A stretch of DNA of 63,150 bases, the filler included, from Atractiella rhizophila (Eukaryota), in the NCBI GenBank assembly GCA_021432655.1. It is 4 parts of 4 records of this genome, joined end to end, with 100 filler letters (N's around TTAATTAATTAA, not from the genome) between each part and the next. Parts side by side here need not be neighbours in the genome. Positions count along the whole stretch, not along the records: positions 1 to 27,853 come from MU271570.1; 3 more parts are not named here. One strand, written 5' to 3'. Position 1 is the stretch's first letter; each line of letters opens with the position of its first letter. Position numbers and translations under genes: made by a program. The notes under the pieces were generated by a model. It saw only the letters and a program-made list of their open reading frames with translations, was not told the DNA's origin and ran no database searches. Below are positions 1-10,978 of this stretch, piece by piece.

Positions 1-76
1 TCGATAGTATAGTGGTGAGTATACCCGCTTGTCAAACAACTCGCGGGTGACCGGGGTTCAATTCCCCGTCGGAGAG
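1..76 (+). tRNA. tRNA-Asp(GTC) with 7-nt intron, first 3 nt cut by window edge
   Basis: D arm TAGTATAGTGGTGAGTATA; anticodon stem CCCGC-TT-GTC-A-[AACAACT]-C-GCGGG; T arm GGTTCAATTCC; ends TCGGAGAG followed by T-run. Confidence 0.9.
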
Positions 77-498
77 TCTTTTGCATGTTTTTATTTTTTG
101 CACTTTGACGCAGATGGATAGCCTGTCAGTGTCCCCAATATGTCACTTCATCGAAAAGCAAAATTAGCATATACTGCAGACGCGGTTTCACTGAATATGT
201 TGGATGTGCTAGCTGTGGACGGGGATGAGGATAGGTTTTAAAGTACGGCAGATGCACATTCGATGTAGTGGACAAGTGTGTCAGTGCCCTCGTCCCTCGG
301 GCATCCCCCCTCGCCAGGGGCTTCGCCCCTTGGACCCCAGCCTCCGGCGGCCACTGCATGGAGCTCTTGCCTCTGGCAGCCACTGCGTGGGGCCTCGCCT
401 TTGGCGAGCACAGACTCACCATATGTACTCTACTGTCTTCAAAAAACAATGAAAAGCTGTTTTGACTATACTGTTAGGAACATGCTGAGAGATGATCA

Positions 499-3142
499 GT
501 GATTGAGTACTCGTAACACTTCTTTGTAAACTACACTATCTGTTTGCTTGTTTTTCCTCTCCTTGCTTTGTTTTGACCAATACTCGTAAATTGTTCGCAT
601 TTGAAACCCGTGAAAGACCAACGTAAAGCTGCCCATGAGAGAAAGGAGAAGACTCTAAGTACAAACCCACATGTCCAACAGATTGTCCTTGCGCTTTATT
701 CAGAGTTAAGGCAAACGCTAAGCGCACAGGGAATTGAAAGCGCCGGAATTGAAAAGGAAGCTGGTTTGATACTACACTGTCAATGTTGATTCGAGGAATG
801 AGAACTGATTCGCCACTGTGTGCACCTGTAATGATGGTTGCTTCGATGACTTGCCGGAGAAGCTGAGTGACTATGAGGCGTGTGCCATTACACAGGCCAG
901 CAGATGGATTGAGATTTCGCAGAAGAATGATGGGTGCACCGGTCTTGAGGTGTAAACGATGCGAAGGGAATCCAGAGATCTCCAGGGTATTCAGGTACTC
1001 AACAGAGAAGTGATTTCTGAGATCTCCCTCGTCATCTATAATTTGATCTGCACTATAATATACCCGATCTCCTGTGGATTCGAGCCACCGAATCAAGTGA
1101 TCGTTGATGCCATCCTCATCCACATTCTTTGCTGCTAGAATCATATGAACCCGGAAGTATTCTTGAAGGAAGCTCAGAGCAGGGATATTTGGCAGAGAAC
1201 CTAGTTGTCCGTAAATTGAGCGGAACAGACCATCTAGTCCTTCATGGGATGGAATAATAGACCCATCTGGTATCGTTAAGGCTCCACATCCATTGTCCGA
1301 TGGATTATCAGTGAGACCATTTCCAACATCAAGGAGCCACTGGGCAAATCTGGTCGCATGCTGAAATTTGGCTGGTGTCATTTCCTGTTGGCCACGAAGA
1401 AGGCGCATATTAGTTTTCAAAGGCAGGACTTGAACATTCGGCCAGAAGTAAGAATTAATGATGCAGGCATCCACAATCTGAGCTTGGCTTCCATTTGGCA
1501 CTACCGGAAGACACTGTCTGCCATCGCCTGTGAAGAGTATGTTAATAAAGAACTACTTAAAGGGAAGTATCATACCACAGAAAACCATAAGTGTTCCTCC
1601 AAAATGGTCTTGAATCCTTTTTTAAGGTCCTGCCCCAACCGATCCACACAGCTGACAGACAGGCGATCACTCATAATGGCTTCATCCCACAGGATAATTT
1701 CTGCCTCGACATATAGCCTTGCATGATCACTTTGAGCGGAAATACCACAAACTGATTGCGCATCTGCATTTAGGGGAATCTTGAATCGCGTATGAGCAGT
1801 ACGACCACCTTCAAGCAGAATAGCAGCAATTCCAGAAGAGGCTACTGCTAGTGCAATCTTCTTGGATGATCTTACTCTTGCCAGTATAAGATTCTGAACA
1901 AAAGTCTTTCCAGTTCCTTCAGGCCCATCAAGAAAGAAGAGTACTCCGATGCCATTCTGCCAGGCTTCGATGATTGTATCGTATGCATGTAAGAGGAAGA
2001 TCCCTATCAAGACATTGCTCTAACTCCGTAATGTTGTATGCCAGCTCTTCTCCAATTGTTCTTGTCTCTCCACCCCATCGCACAAACCTGTGAGCAGGTA
2101 ACGGCAACCTATACTCCTCTAGTGTCTTGCCTAGACCACATAGCAGGTCCTCTAGCTCAATAAGGCATAAGTCTCGGATCTGGTCTTCAGAAGGTGCAGC
2201 AATTCCATAAACTGTTTGCAGAAGATGTGCACAATCGTCATTGAGCTTGTCATAGTGTCTTCGAAACAGTTGTAATGGTTCGCTTGGAACTCCAAAGACC
2301 AAAATGTAGACAAAAAGAGAACGAATTGCTGATCCTCATTTGATTGCGTTTGCATCTTCCAGACAAAAATCCCATTCTTCATCACTTTCCAGTAGACCTG
2401 ATCCAACACAGGCTGCTTTGAATGTTTCGTAAACTTGACTGTCAATTGTACGAATGTCCTCAAAAGATTTAGGACTTGGGATCTTGTGAAGAAGTAGTCG
2501 AAGATAAAAGAGCTCCCCTTGTGACGGCGCAATGTAAAATATCCAACCAATAGCATCATCGCCTTTCTCACATATCTTCCAGCACTTTGGATTACTCTGC
2601 CAGACCAAATGTCGAGGGGCTTGAGGATAGGTCCACGATCGGGAGACCTAGGGAGAATCACGGCAGAATTGGAAAAATTCGCTAAGCATTGTTCTTCCGG
2701 CATTTCTTCGTGAAAGTATATCTTCAGGTTGACCATCATCTGCATTAAAAATGACCATCTGTTGATTTGGAAGATGAATGCGCAGTCAAATGACAGTTGG
2801 AGAGTGATCATGAAGCTTGAAGTGGAAAATCCGCCAGCATGCTATAATCATACTTAATCCTTAACCTTTGAGGAATGGACTGAACAAACCTTCTGAAGCA
2901 CCCACACATCGTGCATCTAAATACTCTTTAATCTCATCCACTGGCTCTCTTGCTCCACTGAAATCTGATTCTATGACTAATTGTGCTCTATCCGGCCCTT
3001 TGGATACGTATTTGAATATATACTTGACTGAACGAATTGAGACACAGATCTCAGTGTTGATATGAGCCAGAAACTTCCTCAGGATCCAAGCATTAAAAGG
3101 CACCCATTGATGATCATATATAAACTCTTGGCCCCATACCAT
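499..3142 (-). pseudogene. Fragmented Helitron Rep/Pif1 helicase coding region
   Basis: Rep tyrosine motif HINTEIC..VKYIFKYVSKGPD; GELFYLRLLL; altered Walker A DGPEGTGKTF; GGRTAHTRFKIP; IILWDEA; GLCNGTRL; QFPVRLAFALTLNKAQGQS; FSHGQLYVGLSR; broken by stops and frameshifts; no HUH motif found. Confidence 0.9.
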
Positions 3143-3789
3143 CTTGTCTCATGTTGAGGTGGAGTAGGTGGAGTAGGATTAAAACGTGCAGGGCGTCGCC
3201 TCTCTCTTACAGGTCGACTGTGGTGTAGGGGTGCCTCCTGCTGCAGAGATTGATGCCATTTGGATCGGCGCTCTCGATTTCTTGTTTGATTTCTCTGAAT
3301 TGCACATGGCATGAGAGTGTAGCTTGCCGCACATAACAAAATGATATGAGTGAAGAATACATAAGCCAGAGTCCACACACCTATGCTTTTTTTGCTTGAT
3401 TTGATTGGATGCTAACGGGCTGAGGGATACTATGGTAGACTGTTAGGAAGCATATTTGTGGTGAAAGAAACTGTTTCACTTGCATGAATGCTTGCTCACT
3501 TTCCCTCATAGTTGGCAAACAACAGTTTTTGGCGCACGACCTGAGAAATCACAGAAAGCCCTGAAGAAATCGCATGCACGCAGTTTGCGTACAACAGGAT
3601 TTGGCAGTGAAAAAATGTGATATGACTGAGACTTGAACCCACACCAGCACCAATCAGTCAAGACTCAACTACTCACCATAGCCAACCCCACCATCACCCA
3701 AACTCTTTACTTTATGGGCTTATTGAGTAGGTAAGGAAATTTTTGTCAAAGTGCCGAAGTCAGTCACTTGACTCAGTCATGGAAGACAA

Positions 3790-4025
3790 CTATTTTTTAT
3801 CCTTTAAATAAGCTTTATTGTATACGATTGGAAAGGCGCTGACACGCGTATTCTGGTGGTATGCTCAGAATTTTGATGGGGTTGTTGTGGACCAAGAAGT
3901 CAATTGAGTCAGTAAGGAAAACAATTTTTTTTCGTCTTTCAAATAGGTTTTGTTGTATACGGTTCGAAAGGCGCCGACACGCGTATTCTGATGGTATGCT
4001 CAGATTACTGGCAGGGTTGTTGTGG
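3790..4025. repeat. Subterminal direct repeat (2 copies, ~75-100 bp) near the Helitron 5' end
   Basis: TTGTATACG..GAAAGGCGC.GACACGCGTATTCTG.TGGTATGCTCAGA..GGGTTGTTGTGG at ~3818 and ~3953; also present in the mini element at ~13995. Confidence 0.8.
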
Positions 4026-4096
4026 GTGGTGAGAGAAGTGCTCAAAAGTACAGGCGTGAGTCATGCTAAAAACCCGTCGTGCTTTATATATAAGGA

Positions 4097-4938
4097 TGAC
4101 GATAGGGCTGTACATACAAGCAAGCAGATAGGAGAAAGTACCCCTCTGAGGAGAATGATAGAATTTATATACATGAGCAAAAAGGCAAGAAGCAGCATAT
4201 TCGTAAAAGTAAGGCGAGCGAACCTAGACCCAAGGGTGTAGTAATACAATATCAGAAAGTAAAACAAGAGACCAGAAAGACAACAGAGAGATCTGTGGGA
4301 AAAGTGCTGTTCGACGTCAACGACGACGTTGGTGGTTGCGAGCAGCTGGACGGAAGGAGGGATCTTTTCGTGACCTCATCGATAGTATAGTGGTGAGTAT
4401 ACCCGCTTGTCAAACAACTCGCGGGTGACCGGGGTTCAATTCCCCGTCGGAGAGTCTTTTGCATGTTTTTATGTTTCCACTTTGACGCAGATGGATAGTC
4501 TGTCAGTGTCCCCAATATGTCACTTCATCGAAAAGCAAAATTAGCATATACTGCAGACGTGGTTTCACCGAATATGTTGGATGTGCTAGCTGTGGACGGG
4601 GATGAGGATAGGTTTTAGAGTACGGCAGTTGCACATTCGATGTAGTGGATGACGATAGGGCTGTATATACAAGCAAGCAGATAGGAGAAAGGACCCCTCT
4701 GAGGAGAATGATAGAATTTATATACATGAGCGAAAAGGCAAGAAGCAGCATATTCGTAAAAGTAAGGCGAGCGAACCTAGACACCTAGACCCAAGGGTGT
4801 AGTAATACAATATCAGAAAGTAAAACAAGAGACCAGAAAGACCACAGAGAGATCTGTGGGAAAAGTGCTGTTCGACGTCAACGACGACGTTGGTGGTTGC
4901 GAGCAGCTGGACGGAAGGAGGGATCTTTTCGTGACCTC
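4097..4938 (+). repeat. ~560-bp tandem duplication (tRNA + flank + first part of LTR-like repeat)
   Basis: 1-272 matches 4379-4649 and 4097-4377 matches 4650-4938, with few substitutions and small indels. Confidence 0.92.
4376..4454 (+). tRNA. tRNA-Asp(GTC) with 7-nt intron; A:A mismatch at acceptor pair 3 (possibly impaired)
   Basis: Identical to copy at 1-76 over the shared length; starts TCATCGA versus TCTTCGA in the 5219-5297 copy. Confidence 0.8.
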
Positions 4939-5177
4939 CTTTTGTAGTTGTGCAAGGGTCCCACGTCTTGTTAACAGTGCACCCAACACTTTCAACAAAA
5001 CGACACACGGTTTGTCAGAATGCTCACCGTCAAGCTCCTGATTGCATTTCCTACTCTGACCATCAGCTATGACTGGGGACTCTGGTTACCTAGCGGGGTA
5101 GGTAAGAGGGAGCGGCGACTCCATGGACGCGGAAGTGTCAGCTGTTGCGAGCAAACGTCCCGGATGCAGCACGGACA
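4641..5177. mobile_element. Solo-LTR-like repeat, copy 1 (TGT...ACA)
   Basis: Starts TGTAGTGGA, ends GCACGGACA; colinear with 18090-18752 (shared GAAAAGTGCTGTTCGAC, GCAAGGGTCCCACGTCTTGTTAACA, GGTAGGTAA, GCAAACGTCCCGGA); no TSD seen. Confidence 0.65.
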
Positions 5178-5218
5178 ATGATTTCCATGCATCGAACTTA
5201 GTGAAATTGTAAAAAAAA

Positions 5219-5297
5219 CTCTCCGACGGGGAATTGAACCCCGGTCACCCGCGAGTTGCTTGACAAGCGGGTATACTAACCACTATACTATCGAAGA
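5219..5297 (-). tRNA. tRNA-Asp(GTC) with 7-nt intron, intact
   Basis: Full cloverleaf; acceptor TCTTCGA/TCGGAGA; intron AGCAACT; followed by T8 Pol III terminator (5211-5218). Confidence 0.95.
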
Positions 5298-5737
5298 CGG
5301 TTGATACTATGTGCCTGTAATGTTACATCTTCACACTCCGGAGCTCTCGGCGCAATGTGCATTCTTTTAATCTGTCAGAACGTCATTTCGTGCAATCGTG
5401 CTAAGAGCAAGCGCGCTCCTATGGCATGTGATGGTGTGCCTTCAGATAATAACTCATTTTGTGCTAAAGAAACGCTCATGATAGTCTTTGAGAACTGCTC
5501 AAGCAGGTTATCTGTGTCTTTAACCTCCCAAAATAGAATGATAGAGACCTAGTTCTAATTGTATTCATGTGATACTTTATACGATATTTGCCTGAGATGG
5601 TGGCGCTTTGGTCCCACTGAGATGTAGCTTTGTCAGAAGTTTATTGTTCCAGAACCACACTGTAACTAGTAGTGTTTGTTGATTTTGAGCGTGCTAGTTG
5701 TTGTTGTTGTCGACGGCTGCAAAAGTCTTCCAAGCAA

Positions 5738-7243
5738 ATGTCTGCCGAAGCTTCTTCCTCCGTACGCGTAGCCAAAGATCTTACGGCCGGGACAGTGGGA
5801 GGAATCGCACAGGTATTGGTTGGGCAACCAGTTTGTGTTTTTTGGCTTCATCTCACTAGCAATGACTCTCGCAACTCTTAGTTCGATATCGTCAAAGTAT
5901 TTTCTCTCCAGCTCAAAAGATACGTTTTCAAGACAAGTAGGTTCGCCTGCAATCCTCTAATGCTTATAGCTCGGCGCTTCAATGCACAACATCGATTTTA
6001 AAGAATGAGGGCCCTTTAGCATTTTACAAAGGTCGGTCCTTTTGTTGCTCCTCAACAAAGATCCGCAATTTTTTGCTCTCCCGAGCTCATAGTAATGAGA
6101 ATGGGAGATTGCAGAGGCCAACCCAAACTGCTGCGCGATTAAACCGGCAGTTAACACACTTTTCAGGGTCATGAGCAGGGAATACCGCTTGAGAAATAAA
6201 TTCCCGTGCCCTAGGCTAACTTCATGCTTCTAGGAACGGCAATGCCTCTAGTCGGGATCGGAGCTTGCGTCTCCCTTCAATTTGGATGCCTAGAGGCACT
6301 CAAGAGGTTGTTTGGGTACGTTTCGCTCTGCTTTACTAGTATGCGCTTCTCATCACGGTATGTCAATAGTAACATCAATGCCCGCGAAGGAAGGGAGCAC
6401 ATGACTATTCCTCAATTGTACATTGCGGGTGCTGGTGCAGGAATCGGAAACTCCATTGTTTCAGGTCAATTCTTCTCTCTGTCTGAAGCCCTTCTTAACG
6501 AGTAAACAACTTAGGTCCTGTCGAACACATCCGTATACGGCTGCAAACTCAGCCCTCAGGTCCCAATCGTCTCTACCACGGTCCCGTGGATGCATTACGC
6601 AAAATTTACGCTACTGGCGGTGTGCGGTCTATCTTTGCTGGTCAAGGGATCACGATGCTCCGGTTCGTGTCCTCTCCATTCTCATTTTTAAACATGATGA
6701 AAGTTAATGAATGATACATTTAAAGAGAGGCAGTAGGCTACGGATCGTACTTTGCTGCTTACGAGTGGCTTGTCGAGCGCGAGTGCAAGAAATATAAGAT
6801 TTCACGCAAGGCATGCTTCACGTTTCTTAATTTCTTTTAAGTCCCCTGATGTACAGTCCCTGGTGACAGGAAATTCCGATGTCCCACTCTCTTCTCTTTG
6901 GTGCACTCGCGGGCTACGCACTCTGGTTTACTGCCGTATGCCTTCCCTCTAGCCCCTCCCTTGTCGCACCCCTCATGTTTTCCTCATTCATCTCTGCTCG
7001 CAGTACCCTCTCGACGTCCTCAAATCCCGACTGCAAACCGACGGCCTCTCCCGCTCCTCCACCGAAGTCACCCCCTTCGGCCAGCGCAAGTACAGGAATT
7101 TTGTAGACTGTGCTAGACAGTTATGGCGGGAACAAGGTGTGAAAGGTTTCTTGAGGGGCCTGGGACCCACCTTAGTAAGGAGCCCATTCGCAAATGGGGC
7201 TACATTTGCCGCATTTGAGGTCGCCATGAGAGCTTTGGGATGA
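5738..7243 (+). CDS. Mitochondrial carrier, Ymc1/Ymc2 (carnitine/amino-acid carrier-like) group; multi-exon
   Basis: KDLTAGTVGGIAQVLVGQPFDIVKVRLQ; FYKGTAMPLVGIGACVSLQFG; PVEHIRIRLQ; YPLDVLKSRLQ; RSPFANGATFAAFE - three PxD/ExxK/R repeats. Confidence 0.9.
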
Positions 7244-7491
7244 CGCATGATATTCTACATTAGAACACAATTCGTTACAGCAATCTGAGTTATGCATTCC
7301 CACGGTGTAACATAGGCAGGACAGAGTAATTCGATAAAATTTACAGGTACACAATAACGAAGGAGGTGGAAATGCTAGGATGATGTATGATGCACTTTTC
7401 TGGTTGGAGTGGCGACTTTCCAAATGCAAAAGAACATAAGAAAGAAGAAAACTAGGACAAAATTGAATGCTACATGGCCATCTTATATTCC

Positions 7492-7835
7492 TCACACTTC
7501 TGGCATCACTTCCGTGCCTATCCGACCACCTCAGCGCCGCACTATCGTCAACAAAACAACGTACGGTCGGTCTCTCTGTGCATCTCCCTGAGAATCTCGG
7601 CTGTTCTTTTCACGATGTCTCCATCGGGCAAAGAAGCCGTATTGGCAGGGTCCAGGAAGAAATCTCGAAGGTTTTCCCACGTTAGCAGTTGAACGCGACC
7701 GCCTGGGGTAGATGGATAGACGTATACGCCTTCGTGGGAGAACGAGAGGCGAGATGGCTCTGGTTCTGTATATGCAATAATGACTCAGCTTCTATGGGCA
7801 AGAAAGCGAAGGGACTGACGAGGCGACAAGCTCAT
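7492..7835 (-). CDS. Unannotated 80-aa microprotein, 3 exons (7835-7820, 7765-7565, 7517-7492); paralogue of 26463-26791
   Basis: MSLSPQPEPSRLSFSHEGVYVYPSTPGGRVQLLTWENLRDFFLDPANTASLPDGDIVKRTAEILREMHRETDRTEVMPEV; GT-AG introns of 54 and 47 nt; core conserved with the second copy. Confidence 0.85.
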
Positions 7836-9273
7836 AAACTATGAGAGCAAGCGGTGGCAATCTCTTCAGTGGTTAATCTTCTGACAGCTAGTCAGTCGGT
7901 TCTGTCCAAAGTCTCAAACGCGGCGTATTTATGTATTCTTTGCCAGGTGACTCAACCGGCACCGTGCAAGTCATCACGTATGTGATGGTTCGCCCTCGTA
8001 GGTCTGCTCGTAGATCCCGTACCGATCGGAAATTGACTGGAACCATACCATTCAAGAGCTTCAATACGGTGTAGCTTGCACCCCTGAGTAGCTTTGTTCC
8101 AAGTAAATGCAACAGATAGTCAAGTCAAGGAATGACGCGAAGGTTGTGAACGAGTCGGAATATCTGACGTCGCTCAGCCTCCAGAAACCTCGGAGGCACC
8201 TACGAAAGCCAAAGCCCTATTAATACGTTAATAACGTCCCGGCCAGTGGATGTCAACGCACTTTTACAAATGAGTGCAATCCTTTGACGTCTGATTCGTG
8301 CATATAGGTTGCCGCGTACGTGGACTGCCTTAGAATTGGAACGTAATTTGAACATTGCAACCCTGTGTGCAACAATGACGCATTCCTCTGAACTTTGTCC
8401 ACAGATCATGATGCACTGTTTGAAATAGCTGCTCAAACAGCTTCAAGCACCTTCACGACTTGCTCCAATGGCACCCTAGATTTCAGTCAGTCATCCCCTC
8501 TACCCCTAAATCTTCTTCCTTGTGTTCACTCTCCCCACCTTCGTTCGAACCCTGATGCAGGACGGCTGACCAGTACCGATCGGGAAATGAATGAGCACAT
8601 CTCGAAATCGAAGTCCCTCAAAGCCCTTAATGCAATCTATTTCGAAGCACTCCTTTCAAACCGGCACGCAACGAAATTATTTGATGCTATTTGTCACTTG
8701 GAGTCTGATTTGAGGATTGGGTTGACCAATTTGACATCACTCTAACTTCTAACAATGTTAGACAATATGCTCATCACGACGCGACGAAATGTGAGAGCTG
8801 TACGCTCTGAGCGAACTTCAAATTTCAACTTCTCAACATCCACATTCAATATTCAACGTCAACGTTCAACCACTCAAACGTAACTGAATATTGGTCAAAG
8901 TTTGAACCGTTGAGCCCTGGAGAGCATTGATCACAACAGGATGATGGCAGACTACTTGGAATGCTTGTCCTCTGTTTCAGCGAACTACTATGAGAGCTTC
9001 AAGTTAATGCTCCGACTGGGGTTTCCATGGCCTATATTATTGCTGAAGACGGTTAGAAGGTCACGCAATCCATTCAATTTGGTGCCAGCATGATAACACC
9101 ACCGCGCAATGCTCCTAGTTCCTCCACCGTTGAATCTTCTATCTCATAACAATAAGGAGGCTCTCCCAAGTCTGCCCATGACTCCTAAGAAAGCAGTTGC
9201 TACGCTGCAGATCAGGTCGCATTTCATTTCGGTTATTGCACCTGATGCTCTTGCTACAAAAGCCTTCAGCTAG

Positions 9274-10651
9274 CTAAATCGGTCGCAGCCCGGCCATATC
9301 TCGTAGTCTCTCGAAGGCTACAAGGCTTAAAACGGTATGAGGAAAGAGCCGGATCCAGCAACCGAAAAAACCTGCACCGGAACATTCGTCCATATGAATG
9401 GAGAAAAATCCATCCTCAATTTTCAACGCACCTTTATACAGGGCGAGAGGGCCTTCTCGAGTTACCAGAACGCTAGCAGCATGAAAGGAGGACTGGAATT
9501 GCCGTTCCTTATCTGCCATCAGCCGCACTTTAATTGTGTCGACTGGGAGAGAAAATCGGATTAGTTAATTGAGGAAGAAAGAACCTAGGGAAGAGAATTG
9601 ACCTGGAGCAGATGCGAGAGAACAAACAAACCCTGCGATGGCAGAGCAGAGGAGATGAGTTTTAAAGTCTTCCTTAAAGAACCCTGGAACAGTTTGGAGA
9701 AGTTCGTGCTTTGTAAAGTCGTACGTTCCGAGCTGTGAGGAGGTAAGCAGTCCGGCTCGTACTGTTGTTGGGAAGACCGCTCGGTACACTTCATTTTGAA
9801 TAGCACCCCATCAGCAATTGGGGTTTCAGGGTATGGAGAGAGATCTTTACTGGAGCGAATACCCCCTTCGGTGTACACCCGATGGATTTGTTGCCGAAGA
9901 TTGAGGACGGGTGCGCCATTGATTGCGGGAGCTTGCATCCGAACCTGAGAATAGGGCAGTTATATAACCGTTCCCTACAATAAAAGAGAATACCTTAAAA
10001 AGGTCGGCTGGGTTCGCGATGGCAGCCCCTAGCATACCTATCAAAGCAGTTTAACACAGCTTCAGGGGGACGGAGGTGGAGTTAGCTGACCAGAAGCCAT
10101 CCCTGCGCTCAACTTGAGAGCCAAACTGTTCGAGTCTTTGGACACTCCGATGGGTAGGAGAGAGGTGATGCCCATCTTGGCGAAGTCGTAGCACCCCATC
10201 CGGATTCCAGAATACGAAAACTCGCGCAGAAAAGATGCTTCGACGCGTTAAATTCAATATATAAGAGGAGGGAGGACGAACCTGAAACTCCTTTCCATAA
10301 CGCAAAAGGGCCTTCTTCACGTACCATCCGGAAGAGGAGGGAGAAGAATGGCGAGCTCTTATTCGACTTCGACTCTAGCTGTTGGCGAACTTTCACCTGC
10401 ATCACCACACAAAATCCCAAGGTCAATATACGCTGCTGGCCATGGCCGTAGATTAACCTACGATATCTGCCGGATTCGTGAACCCTGCCGCCTCCACAGC
10501 AAGCCATCAACAAAGGCAGCAAAGGGAAGAAGCAGATAGGACGAACAAAGCAGTTCGAAAGTCCTGCAAGGACCGTCTTGAGCCCTATGTCGCTGGACTT
10601 TGAGACAGAGGGGCTCGGCACACCAGTTGCTGGTAACGATACAGCTGACAT
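9274..10651 (-). CDS. Mitochondrial carrier, UCP/dicarboxylate-oxaloacetate carrier-like; multi-exon
   Basis: TNPADIVKVRQQL; REFSYSGIRMGCYD; ANPADLFKVRMQ; RAGLLTSSQLGTYDFTKH; WIRLFPHTVLSLVAFE. Confidence 0.88.
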
Positions 10652-10978
10652 GATTGCAATCCAAGGTGCAAAGATGGCTGCGTTGAACGTCGCGAGATCT
10701 GGGGTGAACGAGTGCAGACCACTAGCAGACCAACTGCAAGTGTCAATTTTTAACTCTCAGTCGCGTCGTATCGTCCGCCGAAGCCTTCGTCGAAGCCAGA
10801 GCTGGATGACCGATGATGCTGCTTCGGGTAAAGGCATGCCGCAGTGATTCTCATTCCGAGCGGCCATTTTGATTGCACAAAGGAGGCTGGCCTTGTGGGA
10901 TGACAGCTATATATACTATGGAAGGGACCTCGAAACCAATCAAACACTACTGCCACTTGCTCCGGCTGGACGTTAAAG

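Larger units (their letters stand above)
273..4096 (-). mobile_element. Degenerate Helitron (RepHel remnant), 3.8 kb
   Basis: Minus-strand 5' end TCCTTATATATAAAG and 3' end CACTTG, with GC hairpins at 285-303 and 316-330; inserted between A272 and T4097; empty site GTAGTGGA|TGACGATAGG seen at 4642-4659; contains Pif1 and Rep fragments. Confidence 0.92.

Noticed and set aside
1..272. tRNA plus conserved 3' tail read as a SINE
   Set aside because: Similarity continues through the adjacent repeat and is fully explained by one local tandem duplication; the third tRNA copy lacks the tail
8810..8915. Loose TTCAAC-type short repeats (also TTTGACA repeats at ~23312-23342)
   Set aside because: Irregular low-complexity repeats without spacers; not CRISPR and no element boundaries visible
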